Shown piece by piece: positions 25,571 through 39,454 of a stretch of DNA of 64,000 nucleotides. Location of the stretch: NCBI GenBank assembly GCA_950097015.1, contig CATNEN010000030.1, positions 1,302,001-1,366,000 of the forward strand, given 5' to 3'. The position numbers were made by a program, and so were the translations under genes. Within the stretch, counting starts at the first letter, position 1, and each line of letters begins with the position of its first letter. This DNA is from Macrostomum hystrix. Taxonomy: Eukaryota; Animalia; Platyhelminthes. The notes beneath the pieces are model-generated. The model was not told the origin of the DNA, did no database searches, and was given only the letters and a program-made list of their open reading frames with translations.

Positions 25571-26189
25571 TCTCCCCTTCTCCCACTACCACTCTTTCCT
25601 CCTCCAGCAGTCCCACTCCTACTCCCAGCCTCGCTATCCTACTTGATGCAGTACGAGAAATTCTTAGAAATCAGACACACAACCCGACAAACCAATCGGA
25701 CAGAAGGAACAGCAAAGTGAGCACTGACTCTAAAATGCACCGCGTGTACTTATCAGCGGCTAACCGTGAACTAAAATAATTTAGCAACGCGCTATCTCAT
25801 CTCGCTATATAATCCTGCTAATTATAAGCTTCTCTTTATTTGAATTCATCTGTCCATTCCTGCGGTAAATCTAATTACGCTTCACTGGGATTCGACAAAA
25901 GAGGAACTGGCGTAGCGCATCTGGTTAGGAAAAAATGGCTTCTGCTCGTTGTGTAGGATTACCACGAGTGTAGAGGTGCTCCGACTGAGTTAGGGGAAAT
26001 AAATCCTCACATCGCTGAATTAAAGGAAGTTGAGACAGAAAAAGATTGCACAAAGTCTAAAATAGTTGCCAAATGGACTATAAGAATCCCAATTACGAGT
26101 ATCGTTTAAGGAGGAGGAGGATAAGGGACACAAAATGACAACTAAGGATAGTGTGGGTCTTAAGAATAGGAAAAGAGGTCATGAGAATG

Positions 26190-29100
26190 GAGATGAAGGG
26201 GAATCCGAATGGGGATAAAGGGGCATGCGAATGGGGATAAAGGGGCATGAGAATGGGGATAAAGGGGATGAGCATGGTGAGTATGGGGATAAAGGGGCAT
26301 GCGAATGGGGATAAAGGGGCATGCGAATGGGGATAAAGGGGCATGCGAATGGGGATAAAGGGGATGAGCATGGTGAGTATGGGGATAAAGGGGCATGCGA
26401 ATGGGGATAAAGGGGATGAGTATGGTGAGTATGAGGATAAAGGGGATAAGCATGGTGAGTATGGGGATAAAGGGGCATGCGAATGGGGATAAAGGGGATG
26501 AGTTTGGTGAGTATGGGGATAAAGGGGCATGCGAATGGGGATAAAGGGGATGAGTATGGTGAGTATGAGGATAAAGGGGATGAGCATGGTGAGTATGAGG
26601 ATAAAGGGGATGAGTATGGTGAGTATGAGGATAAAGGGGATGAGCATGGTGAGTATGAGGATAAAGGGGATGAGTATGGTGAGTATGAGGATAAAGGGGA
26701 TGAGTATGGTGAGTATGAGGATAAAGGGGATGAGCATGGTGAGTATGGGGATAAAGGGGCATGCGAATGGGGATAAAGGGGATGAGTTTGGTGAGTATGG
26801 GGATAAAGGGGCATGCGAATGGGGATAAAGGGGATGAGTATGGTGAGTATGAGGATAAAGGGGATGAGCATGGTGAGTATGGGGATAAAGGGGCATGCGA
26901 ATGGGGATAAAGGGGATGAGCATGGTGAGTATGAGGATAAAGGGGATGAGTATGGTGAGTATGAGGATAAAGGGGATGAGCATGGTGAGTATGGGGATAA
27001 AGGGGCATGCGAATGGGGATAAAGGGGATGAGTATGGTGAGTATGAGGATAAAGGGGATGAGCATGGTGAGTATGGGGATAAAGGGGCATGCGAATGGGG
27101 ATAAAGGGGATGAGTATGGTGAGTATGGGGATAAAGGGGATGAGCATGGTGAGTATGGGGATAAAGGGGCATGCGAATGGGGATAAAGGGGATGAGCATG
27201 GTGAGTATGAGGATAAAGGGGATGAGTATGGTGAGTATGAGGATAAAGGGGATGAGCATGGTGATTATGGGGATAAAGGGGCATGCGAATGGGGATAAAG
27301 GGGATGAGTATGGTGAGTATGGGGATAAAGGGGATGAGCATGGTGAGTATGGGGATAAAGGGGCATGCGAATGGGGATAAAGGGGATGAGCATGGTGAGT
27401 ATGAGGATAAAGGGGATGAGCATGGTGAGTATGGGGATAAAGGGGCATGCGAATGGGGATAAAGGGGATGAGTTTGGTGAGTATGGGGATAAAGGGGCAT
27501 GCGAATGGGGATAAAGGGGATGAGTATGGTGAGTATGAGGATAAAGGGGATGAGCATGGTGAGTATGAGGATAAAGGGGATGAGTATGGTGAGTATGAGG
27601 ATAAAGGGGATGAGCATGGTGAGTATGAGGATAAAGGGGATGAGTATGGTGAGTATGAGGATAAAGGGGATGAGTATGGTGAGTATGAGGATAAAGGGGA
27701 TGAGCATGGTGAGTATGGGGATAAAGGGGCATGCGAATGGGGATAAAGGGGATGAGTATGGTGAGTATGGGGATAAAGGGGATGAGTATGGTGAGTATGA
27801 GGATAAAGGGGCATGCGAATGGGGATAAAGGGGATGAGCATGGTGAGTATGGGGATAAAGGGGCATGCGAATGGGGATAAAGGGGATGAGTATGGTGAGT
27901 ATGAGGATAAAGGGGATGAGCATGGTGAGTATGGGGATAAAGGGGCATGCGAATGGGGATAAAGGGGATGAGTTTGGTGAGTATGGGGATAAAGGGGCAT
28001 GCGAATGGGGATAAAGGGGATGAGTATGGTGAGTATGACGATAAAGGGGATGAGCATGGTGAGTATGGGGATAAAGGGGCATGCGAATGGGGATAAAGGG
28101 GATGAGTTTGGTGAGTATGGGGATAAAGGGGCATGCGAATGGGGATAAAGGGGATGAGTATGGTGAGTATGAGGATAAAGGGGATGAGCATGGTGAGTAT
28201 GAGGATAAAGGGGATGAGTATGGTGAGTATGAGGATAAAGGGGATGAGCATGGTGAGTATGGGGATAAAGGGGCATGCGAATGGGGATAAAGGGGATGAG
28301 TATGGTGAGTATGAGGATAAAGGGGATGAGCATGGTGAGTATGGGGATAAAGGGGCATGCGAATGGGGATAAAGGGGATGAGTTTGGTGAGTATGGGGAT
28401 AAAGCGGCATGCGAATGGGGATAAAGGGGATGAGTATGGTGAGTATGAGGATAAAGGGGATGAGCATGGTGAGTATGGGGATAAAGGGGCATGCGAATGG
28501 GGATAAAGGGGATGAGTATGGTGAGTATGGGGATAAAGGGGCATGCGAATGGGGATAAAGGGGATGAGTATGGTGAGTATGAGGATAAAGGGGATGAGCA
28601 TGGTGAGTATGAGGATAAAGGGGATGAGTATGGTGAGTATGAGGATAAAGGGGATGAGCATGGTGAGTATGGGGATAAAGGGGCATGCGAATGGGGATAA
28701 AGGGGATGAGTATGGTGAGTATGAGGATAAAGGGGATGAGCATGGTGAGTATGGGGATAAAGGGGCATGCGAATGGGGATAAAGGGGATGAGTTTGGTGA
28801 GTATGGGGATAAAGGGGCATGCGAATGGGGATAAAGGGGATGAGTATGGTGAGTATGAGGATAAAGGGGATGAGCATGGTGAGTATGGGGATAAAGGGGC
28901 ATGCGAATGGGGATAAAGGGGATGAGTTTGGTGAGTATGGGGATAAAGGGGCATGCGAATGGGGATAAAGGGGATGAGTATGGTGAGTATGAGGATAAAG
29001 GGGATGAGCATGGTGAGTATGAGGATAAAGGGGATGAGTATGGTGAGTATGAGGATAAAGGGGATGAGCATGGTGAGTATGGGGATAAAGGGGCATGCGA

Positions 29101-30320
29101 ATGGGGATAAAGGGGATGAGTATGGTGAGTATGAGGATAAAGGGGATGAGCATGGTGAGTATGGGGATAAAGGGGCATGCGAATGGGGATAAAGGGGATG
29201 AGTTTGGTGAGTATGGGGATAAAGGGGCATGCGAATGGGGATAAAGGGGATGAGTATGGTGAGTATGAGGATAAAGGGGATGAGCATGGTGAGTATGGGG
29301 ATAAAGGGGCATGCGAATGGGGATAAAGGGGATGAGTTTGGTGAGTATGGGGATAAAGGGGCATGCGAATGGGGATAAAGGGGATGAGTATGGTGAGTAT
29401 GAGGATAAAGGGGATGAGCATGGTGAGTATGAGGATAAAGGGGATGAGTATGGTGAGTATGAGGATAAAGGGGATGAGCATGGTGAGTATGGGGATAAAG
29501 GGGCATGCGAATGGGGATAAAGGGGATGAGTATGGTGAGTATGAGGATAAAGGGGATGAGCATGGTGAGTATGGGGATAAAGGGGCATGCGAATGGGGAT
29601 AAAGGGGATGAGTTTGGTGAGTATGGGGATAAAGCGGCATGCGAATGGGGATAAAGGGGATGAGTATGGTGAGTATGAGGATAAAGGGGATGAGCATGGT
29701 GAGTATGGGGATAAAGGGGCATGCGAATGGGGATAAAGGGGATGAGTTTGGTGAGTATGGGGATAAAGGGGCATGCGAATGGGGATAAAGGGGATGAGTA
29801 TGGTGAGTATGAGGATAAAGGGGATGAGCATGGTGAGTATGAGGATAAAGGGGATGAGTATGGTGAGTATGAGGATAAAGGGGATGAGCATGGTGAGTAT
29901 GGGGATAAAGGGGCATGCGAATGGGGATAAAGGGGATGAGTATGGTGAGTATGAGGATAAAGGGGATGAGCATGGTGAGTATGAGGATAAAGGGGATGAG
30001 TATGGTGAGTATGAGGATAAAGGGGATGAGCATGGTGAGTATGGGGATAAAGGGGCATGCGAATGGGGATAAAGGGGATGAGTATGGTGAGTATGAGGAT
30101 AAAGGGGATGAGCATGGTGAGTATGGGGATAAAGGGGCATGCGAATGGGGATAAAGGGGATGAGTATGGTGAGTATGGGGATAAAGTGGCATGCGAATGG
30201 GGATAAAGGGGATGAGTATGGTGAGTATGAGGATAAAGGGGATGAGCATGGTGAGTATGGGGATAAAGGGGCATGCGAATGGAGATACAGGGGCATGCGA
30301 ATGGAGACAAAGAGATATAA
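26190..30320. repeat. Composite G-rich satellite of 22-bp (A) and 30-bp (B) modules with a 410-bp higher-order repeat, array 1
   Basis: A = GGGGCATGCGAATGGGGATAAA; B = GGGGATGAG(C/T)ATGGTGAGTATG(A/G)GGATAAA. 28486-28895 reads A B A BBBB A BB A B A BB (5A + 10B = 410 bp). ORF starts recur at 28081, 28491, 28901, 29311 and 29721. Confidence 0.97.
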
Positions 30321-32791
30321 GAATGGGGATGAAGGGCTATAACAATGGGTAAAAAGTCCATAGAAATGCAAGTAGGAAGTTTTCAAAGGGAGTTTTCAGA
30401 CACCTGGCTGCCATGCGAACCCAAGTTTCTATCTCAGCTGATGCCAGCAACCAATTAACAGTTGGAAGAGGCAATTTAAGAATTCATTCTCCTGCTCAAG
30501 GACGCAAACTGTTTCCGTGGCAGTCAAACGCCAGGCTTCTCGGTCAGAATCTCGAAGCTCTAACCACTGGACTAGAAGCTTCCTTGAAACAATCACAGGG
30601 GAAAGAGTGATTGCAAAGGACAGGAACTTGGGTCAGGAACGCAGATATTATGCCAAAGCTTACTGACATGCTGTACTGTCAGTTGGGGATAAATATGGGA
30701 CAGATAGGGGTGGCGGAAAAGTATAGGAAATAGAGAAGGACCGCCGAGGTCTTGGATTTAACAAATCAATCACCCGATCATAGGGAGCTGTACGGCTAAA
30801 TTGGGTGACCTCTCCGTCTCCGCGTCGGCCCTCCTCACTCTCTCGCGAGAGCCTCCCGCCGAACCATCCGGCATCCGGCTTGATTGAGCCTTCTGGTAGC
30901 CTTGGGGAAAAGAAATAAATATCCCTATGGGGAAGCGAGTGATGCAGAGAGCGAGAGAAGCCTGGGCCTCAGAGACCAAGCAGTTCCGTCGTCGGCCTGT
31001 ACTGACAGGCAGGAGACGAAATGAAGTGCAGCAAAAACATACTTGAGAGGCTTAAGCAACGATTTCCTGCTGCTTTTTGTCGAGATGGCCGGCAGGAAGG
31101 GACTGAATGGGTGCATACAGGCAGAAATTTATCCATATTTGTTTCACATCGGTGGGTTTTACAATAAATAATATCTGTATCTCACCGCTTAATATTTTTA
31201 ACAGTCCCTATCTGCATGCCCAAATTTCAAATCCGGAAATAGAAAGGATTGTAACACAATCTAACACGGTTTAATAGATCCTTGACCCTGACCCTTGCAA
31301 TAGTTTGTAATGTAGTGCAGATTTACAGATTAACTAATTATAAATCTTGATTGCACCAAAAAATAACTAACCCCGTTGCCCATTTCGATTGCTTGTAACA
31401 TCAGCCAAGGTTTAGAATATATTTTCTCTCCATATCAAATACAATACTATCTGTCTAATTCATGATTTCCAATAATAATATGGCTCTAGCATATTGTCTA
31501 GTCCGGATGCTGCAGAGAATTTTATGTATGGTACGAGCTATCTGCACCAAGATATGGACTCTTTATGCATCACACTCGCGTAGTCCTTTATGTTTAATTG
31601 CAGAATACGTGCTTTAGTGCGATAGCCAATGTAGGAAGACTTATACATTAAGGACTCTATAGTTCGCGGGCCTAATCTAAAGTCCGTAAACCTTGTGGTG
31701 ACGAGATAGAATGTCGGAAAACGGAGGAAAGGGTTGGTGTCGAGGGGGTTCGAGTACTAGTCTATTATACTATTTATCGCGAGGCGCTCCAAGTTAGATT
31801 TAACATATATATATGATCCCAGCATGAACCAATAATTAGCTCACACTAAACAGAAAATGCGGTTCTTGTTGACACAATTTGAATACACTCGCATATAATA
31901 AATGGTTTTTAAAAAATTGCAATCATATGAGACTCACTCCATGCAACTAATCGATGAAGTGCAATCAGATAACAATATTAGCACACATTGCACAAAAAGC
32001 GAAGCTAGCACTGCATGCGCTGATCGCTTCCCAAATTTCAAATGCCAAGCTGTAGAGTCGAATGGAACCCGATCTGTATCTGGCCAGATTGTGCCGAATG
32101 TCCGATATGCATTAAAACACCTGGAGCTGGCTCGTGTTTTTTCTCTGCAAAGGCGCTCTTTGGGTGAGCTTTGTGTTTATCTTTTACGTTTTCTATTTCA
32201 ACCTATATGTCATTGAAATCACAGCAAACATTTTAATTTCCCTTTCCTTTGCCGATTTCGAGGGTGATTTGTACTCATTTTGAGACTTGTAAGAAAACTA
32301 GCATACTCGTAGAATGTGTCCGCGCAGATTTCGATTTTAAGCAGATTTATTAGAGACAAATTTATAAAGAGGACCGTATAAATTTGTTTTGTGTAATGCA
32401 AAATTTTTATGCTGATTTAGCAAGTTAAACAAAATAGAGCCATAAAATGCAATAGTCGGTTTGCTTAGCTATATGCCAAGCACTTAAGTAAAATAATTGA
32501 CAGATTAATATTTTTGATGGCTGCAAATTGATTAATAAATGAAAACTTTTAACCAGGATGCAATTAACGTAATTGATTAATGAATTGCGTTAAAAAAAAG
32601 TCTCGTTCACTGACAACCATCAAAGTGAGATGTTGATGACAGTCAACGTCCATAGAAATTTAGATCCATTTCAGTGTACATGGACATGAGTGCTCATTGG
32701 CAGAGTTTTCATGCAGTTGAAGTGATACAAAAATATAGCCTTAAATAAATTCGCAGGTCAAGCGGACGCTTCCAAGAATAGCAGTGTTACC

Positions 32792-33328
32792 ATGGCGACA
32801 AACGCAAGTGCCAACGCATCCGATGTGCCGTACTACGCCGGTGCCCTGACCTATCCAGCCCTGCAGGCCTTCCTCACCTACAGCATTCCACTGGTGGTGG
32901 TGCTGGGCCTGTTTGGTAGTTACCTTGCTGTATCATCCTGTTTGAACATTCTGCTCCGTCCATAGTTTCTGATGCACAGAACACGTATAAAAAAGTCCAT
33001 ATTTTATTGATTTAATTTATTTTTTAACGATCTGATCCCAGGCAATTCCGTGGCCTTCGTCCTACTAAAGAACTCAGCCATGCGAAGCACGGCTCATTTC
33101 TACCTGTGCGCTCTGACCCTGTGCGACTCTCTCACCCTGCTCAGCATCCTGGCCTCTGTATGGGCCGGAGTCCTGCTCAGCGGCCACCTGCACCAGATGG
33201 GCTGGCACGGCACCTGGCTGCACACCGGACTACGCCAAATTCACCTGTGCCGGGCCAGGCATGCGAATGGGGATAAAGGGGATGAGTATGGTGAGTATGG
33301 GGATAAAGGGGCATGCGAATGGGGATAA
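32792..33328 (+). pseudogene. Truncated duplicate of the GPCR (exon 1, intron, TM1-TM2 to the TM3 Cys) fused at 33260/33261 to the satellite; potential 136-aa chimeric ORF
   Basis: Matches 38084-38552 up to ...GGGCCAGGC, then continues ATGCGAATGGGG. Reads HLCRARHANGDKGDEYGEYGDKGACEWG-stop. Confidence 0.85.
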
Positions 33329-35612
33329 AGGGGATGAGTATGGTGAGTATGAGGATAAAGGGGATGAGCATGGTGAGTATGAGGATAAAGGGGATGAGTA
33401 TGGTGAGTATGAGGATAAAGGGGATGAGCATGGTGAGTATGGGGATAAAGGGGCATGCGAATGGGGATAAAGGGGATGAGTATGGTGAGTATGAGGATAA
33501 AGGGGATGAGCATGGTGAGTATGGGGATAAAGGGGCATGCGAATGGGGATAAAGGGGATGAGTTTGGTGAGTATGGGGATAAAGGGGCATGCGAATGGGG
33601 ATAAAGGGGATGAGTATGGTGAGTATGAGGATAAAGGGGATGAGCATGGTGAGTATGGGGATAAAGGGGCATGCGAATGGGGATAAAGGGGATGAGTTTG
33701 GTGAGTATGGGGATAAAGGGGCATGCGAATGGGGATAAAGGGGATGAGTATGGTGAGTATGAGGATAAAGGGGATGAGCATGGTGAGTATGAGGATAAAG
33801 GGGATGAGTATGGTGAGTATGAGGATAAAGGGGATGAGCATGGTGAGTATGGGGATAAAGGGGCATGCGAATGGGGATAAAGGGGATGAGTATGGTGAGT
33901 ATGAGGATAAAGGGGATGAGCATGGTGAGTATGGGGATAAAGGGGCATGCGAATGGGGATAAAGGGGATGAGTTTGGTGAGTATGGGGATAAAGCGGCAT
34001 GCGAATGGGGATAAAGGGGATGAGTATGGTGAGTATGAGGATAAAGGGGATGAGCATGGTGAGTATGAGGATAAAGGGGATGAGTATGGTGAGTATGAGG
34101 ATAAAGGGGATGAGTATGGTGAGTATGAGGATAAAGGGGATGAGCATGGTGAGTATGGGGATAAAGGGGCATGCGAATGGGGATAAAGGGGATGAGTATG
34201 GTGAGTATGGGGATAAAGGGGATGAGTATGGTGAGTATGAGGATAAAGGGGCATGCGAATGGGGATAAAGGGGATGAGCATGGTGAGTATGGGGATAAAG
34301 GGGCATGCGAATGGGGATAAAGGGGATGAGTATGGTGAGTATGAGGATAAAGGGGATGAGCATGGTGAGTATGGGGATAAAGGGGCATGCGAATGGGGAT
34401 AAAGGGGATGAGTTTGGTGAGTATGGGGATAAAGGGGCATGCGAATGGGGATAAAGGGGATGAGTATGGTGAGTATGAGGATAAAGGGGATGAGCATGGT
34501 GAGTATGGGGATAAAGGGGCATGCGAATGGGGATAAAGGGGATGAGTTTGGTGAGTATGGGGATAAAGGGGCATGCGAATGGGGATAAAGGGGATGAGTA
34601 TGGTGAGTATGAGGATAAAGGGGATGAGCATGGTGAGTATGAGGATAAAGGGGATGAGTATGGTGAGTATGAGGATAAAGGGGATGAGCATGGTGAGTAT
34701 GGGGATAAAGGGGCATGCGAATGGGGATAAAGGGGATGAGTATGGTGAGTATGAGGATAAAGGGGATGAGCATGGTGAGTATGGGGATAAAGGGGCATGC
34801 GAATGGGGATAAAGGGGATGAGTTTGGTGAGTATGGGGATAAAGCGGCATGCGAATGGGGATAAAGGGGATGAGTATGGTGAGTATGAGGATAAAGGGGA
34901 TGAGCATGGTGAGTATGGGGATAAAGGGGCATGCGAATGGGGATAAAGGGGATGAGTTTGGTGAGTATGGGGATAAAGGGGCATGCGAATGGGGATAAAG
35001 GGGATGAGTATGGTGAGTATGAGGATAAAGGGGATGAGCATGGTGAGTATGAGGATAAAGGGGATGAGTATGGTGAGTATGAGGATAAAGGGGATGAGCA
35101 TGGTGAGTATGGGGATAAAGGGGCATGCGAATGGGGATAAAGGGGATGAGTATGGTGAGTATGAGGATAAAGGGGATGAGCATGGTGAGTATGGGGATAA
35201 AGGGGCATGCGAATGGGGATAAAGGGGATGAGTATGGTGAGTATGAGGATAAAGGGGATGAGCATGGTGAGTATGAGGATAAAGGGGATGAGTATGGTGA
35301 GTATGAGGATAAAGGGGATGAGCATGGTGAGTATGGGGATAAAGGGGCATGCGAATGGGGATAAAGGGGATGAGTATGGTGAGTATGAGGATAAAGGGGA
35401 TGAGCATGGTGAGTATGGGGATAAAGGGGCATGCGAATGGGGATAAAGGGGATGAGTATGGTGAGTATGGGGATAAAGTGGCATGCGAATGGGGATAAAG
35501 GGGATGAGTATGGTGAGTATGAGGATAAAGGGGATGAGCATGGTGAGTATGGGGATAAAGGGGCATGCGAATGGAGATACAGGGGCATGCGAATGGAGAC
35601 AAAGAGATATAA
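33261..35612. repeat. Composite 22/30-bp satellite, array 2
   Basis: Same modules and same diverged terminal units as array 1. Module order differs upstream of about 35200. Confidence 0.97.
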
Positions 35613-38083
35613 GAATGGGGATGAAGGGCTATAACAATGGGTAAAAAGTCCATAGAAATGCAAGTAGGAAGTTTTCAAAGGGAGTTTTCAGACACCTGGC
35701 TGCCATGCGAACCCAAGTTTCTATCTCAGCTGATGCCAGCAACCAATTAACAGTTGGAAGAGGCAATTTAAGAATTCATTCTCCTGCTCAAGGACGCAAA
35801 CTGTTTCCGTGGCAGTCAAACGCCAGGCTTCTCGGTCAGAATCTCGAAGCTCTAACCACTGGACTAGAAGCTTCCTTGAAACAATCACAGGGGAAAGAGT
35901 GATTGCAAAGGACAGGAACTTGGGTCAGGAACGCAGATATTATGCCAAAGCTTACTGACATGCTGTACTGTCAGTTGGGGATAAATATGGGACAGATAGG
36001 GGTGGCGGAAAAGTATAGGAAATAGAGAAGGACCGCCGAGGTCTTGGATTTAACAAATCAATCACCCGATCATAGGGAGCTGTACGGCTAAATTGGGTGA
36101 CCTCTCCGTCTCCGCGTCGGCCCTCCTCACTCTCTCGCGAGAGCCTCCCGCCGAACCATCCGGCATCCGGCTTGATTGAGCCTTCTGGTAGCCTTGGGGA
36201 AAAGAAATAAATATCCCTATGGGGAAGCGAGTGATGCAGAGAGCGAGAGAAGCCTGGGCCTCAGAGACCAAGCAGTTCCGTCGTCGGCCTGTACTGACAG
36301 GCAGGAGACGAAATGAAGTGCAGCAAAAACATACTTGAGAGGCTTAAGCAACGATTTCCTGCTGCTTTTTGTCGAGATGGCCGGCAGGAAGGGACTGAAT
36401 GGGTGCATACAGGCAGAAATTTATCCATATTTGTTTCACATCGGTGGGTTTTACAATAAATAATATCTGTATCTCACCGCTTAATATTTTTAACAGTCCC
36501 TATCTGCATGCCCAAATTTCAAATCCGGAAATAGAAAGGATTGTAACACAATCTAACACGGTTTAATAGATCCTTGACCCTGACCCTTGCAATAGTTTGT
36601 AATGTAGTGCAGATTTACAGATTAACTAATTATAAATCTTGATTGCACCAAAAAATAACTAACCCCGTTGCCCATTTCGATTGCTTGTAACATCAGCCAA
36701 GGTTTAGAATATATTTTCTCTCCATATCAAATACAATACTATCTGTCTAATTCATGATTTCCAATAATAATATGGCTCTAGCATCTTGTCTAGTCCGGAT
36801 GCTGCAGAGAATTTTATGCATGGTACGAGCTATCTGCACCAAGATATGGACTCTTTATGCATCACACTCGCGTAGTCCTTTATGTTTAATTGCAGAATAC
36901 GTGCTTTAGTGCGATAGCCAATGTAGGAAGACTTATACGTTAAGGACTCTATAGTTCGCGGGCCTAATCTAAAGTCCGTAAACCTTGTGGTGACGAGATA
37001 GAATGTCGGAAAACGGAGGAAAGGGTTGGTGTCGAGGGGGTTCGAGTACTAGTCTATTATACTATTTATCGCGAGGCGCTCCAAGTTAGATTTAACATAT
37101 ATATATGATCCCAGCATGAACCAATAATTAGCTCACACTAAACAGAAAATGCGGTTCTTGTTGACACAATTTGAATACACTCGCATATAATAAATGGTTT
37201 TTAAAAAATTGCAATCATATGAGACTCACTCCATGCAACTAATCGATGAAGTGCAATCAGATAACAATATTAGCACACATTGCACAAAAAGCGAAGCTAG
37301 CACTGCATGCGCTGATCGCTTCCCAAATTTCAAATCCCAAGCTGTAGAGTCGAATGGAACCCGATCTGTATCTGGCCAGATTGTGCCGAATGTCCGATAT
37401 GCATTAAAACACCTGGAGCTGGCTCGTGTTTTTTCTCTGCAAAGGCGCTCTTTGGGTGAGCTTTGTGTTTATCTTTTACGTTTTCTATTTCAACCTATAT
37501 GTCATTGAAATCACAGCAAACATTTTAATTTCCCTTTCCTTTGCCGATTTCGAGGGTGATTTGTACTCATTTTGAGACTTGTAAGAAAACTAGCATACTC
37601 GTAGAATGTGTCCGCGCAGATTTCGATTTTAAGCAGATTTATTAGAGACAAATTTATAAAGAGGACCGTATAAATTTGTTTTGTGTAATGCAAAATTTTT
37701 ATGCTGATTTAGCAAGTTAAACAAAATAGAGCCATAAAATGCTATAGTCGGTTTGCTTAGCTATATGCCAAGCACTTAAGTAAAATAATTGACAGATTAA
37801 TATTTTTGATGGCTGCAAATTGATTAATAAATGAAAACTTTTAACCAGGATGCAATTAACGTAATTGATTAATGAATTGCGTTAAAAAAAAGTCTCGTTC
37901 ACTGACAACCATCAAAGTGAGATGTTGATGACAGTCAACGTCCATAGAAATTTAGATCCATTTCAGTGTACATGGACATGAGTGCTCATTGGCAGAGTTT
38001 TCATGCAGTTGAAGTGTTACAAAAATATAGCCTTAAATAAATTCGCAGGTCAAGCGGACGCTTCCAAGAATAGCAGTGTTACC

Positions 38084-39454
38084 ATGGCGACAAACGCAAG
38101 TGCCAACGCATCCGATGTGCCGTACTACGCCGGTGCCCTGACCTATCCAGCCCTGCAGGCCTTCCTCACCTACAGCATTCCACTGGTGGTGGTGCTGGGC
38201 CTGTTTGGTAGTTACCTTGCTGTATCATCCTGTTTGAACATTCTGCTCCGTCCATAGTTTCTGATGCACAGAACACGTATAAAAAAGTCCATATTTTATT
38301 GATTTAATTTATTTTTTAACGATCTGATCCCAGGCAATTCCGTGGCCTTCGTCCTACTAAAGAACTCAGCCATGCGAAGCACGGCTCATTTCTACCTGTG
38401 CGCTCTGACCCTGTGCGACTCTCTCACCCTGCTCAGCATCCTGGCCTCTGTATGGGCCGGAGTCCTGCTCAGCGGCCACCTGCACCAGATGGGCTGGCAC
38501 GGCACCTGGCTGCACACCGGACTACGCCAAATTCACCTGTGCCGGGCCAGGCTCTACGCCAGCTTCGTTTGCCGCACCGTCAGCACCTGGACTGTGGCGG
38601 CGTTCTCCTGGGAGCGCTGCCTAGCCGTCTGGCGGCCGATGCGCTTCGAAGGCGCCCCGGTTGGCTGGCGTTCCGGACTGGTGCTGCTCGGCCTGGTGAC
38701 GGCCGCGGCCGGCGCCAACGCGTACGTCATTCCCGGCTACCAACCGGACAAGGCGGGCCTCTGTCGTGCCGGCCAGGTGTTTCGAGTTGGCCGAAATGTC
38801 TCAATGCTGCTGCAATCGCTGGCGCCCTGGCTGTTGGTGCTGACAAGCAATGGTCTGATTGTTTGCAGTTTGCGCAGGAGGCGAGCGGCTGAGGCGGAGG
38901 CGGAGACTCCGGCCGGCCAGGTGCTCCTGCGCGCCTATCAGCCTCACCTGGAGCTGACTAATCATCGAAGGCGGCGCAGGGGAGTCACCTATCGTCTAGT
39001 TGCGGTCTCGTTCGCTTTCTTAATCAGCACCTCGCTCCTGACGGCGTGCACAGTGTGGATGACCATCGCCGAGCTGGTGGAGTCCAAAGGCGGCGGCGCC
39101 AATGCTGGCCAACGCAACCAGGTACGCGACACAGCCTGGCTGCTCAGCTTCCTGCCGTTCACCGCTAATTTCGCCTCCACCTGTCCGCTCTACTGCCTGG
39201 CCGGGCGGAAGTTCCGCAGAGCCGCTCGCCTGCTGGTAACGTGCCGATTGGCCAGAATGCGGTTGGCAAGGCGGCTGCTGGACCCCAGCCGGCCGTCGTC
39301 TGGCCTGGCCACGACTGCAACTGCGGTTGCTATGTCGGCGACATGCAGACCGCAGTCGGATCCGAGCTGGTGCAGCCGGAGGCAGCAGATGCAGCATCGG
39401 CAGGCATCCGACAGAAGTAGGAGGCGACCAAACCCTGTCCGCAGCCAATGTTGA
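38084..39454 (+). CDS. Rhodopsin-class (class A) GPCR, peptide-receptor-like (FMRFamide-receptor/srw-type features), 2 exons, 414 aa
   Basis: Exon 1 38084-38207 (TTTG|GTAG) and exon 2 38334-39454 (CCCAG|GC). Seven hydrophobic segments; GLFGNSVAF (TM1), LTLCDSL (TM2), LCRAR...SWERCLAVWRP (TM3), SLAPWLLVLTSNGLI (TM5), CPLYCLAGRKFR (TM7/H8); N-terminal NAS/NSS sequons. Confidence 0.9.

Larger units (their letters stand above)
29900..38552. repeat. Local tandem segmental duplication: about 29900-33260 repeated at about 35190-38552 (offset 5292 bp)
   Basis: ORF pairs at a constant 5292 offset (30413/35705, 30770/36062, 31902/37194, 33050/38342). About six substitutions seen in about 3 kb of unique sequence. 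Confidence 0.93.

Noticed and set aside
30640-31130. GC-richer island (and its duplicate at about 35930-36420) that might be an LTR or DIRS remnant
   Set aside because: No termini, TSD or coding motif could be identified.
26093-35678. Very long minus-strand ORFs (up to 1422 aa) and many short + ORFs
   Set aside because: They are translations of the 22/30-bp satellite. All three frames give the same peptide words, so there is no evidence of coding.
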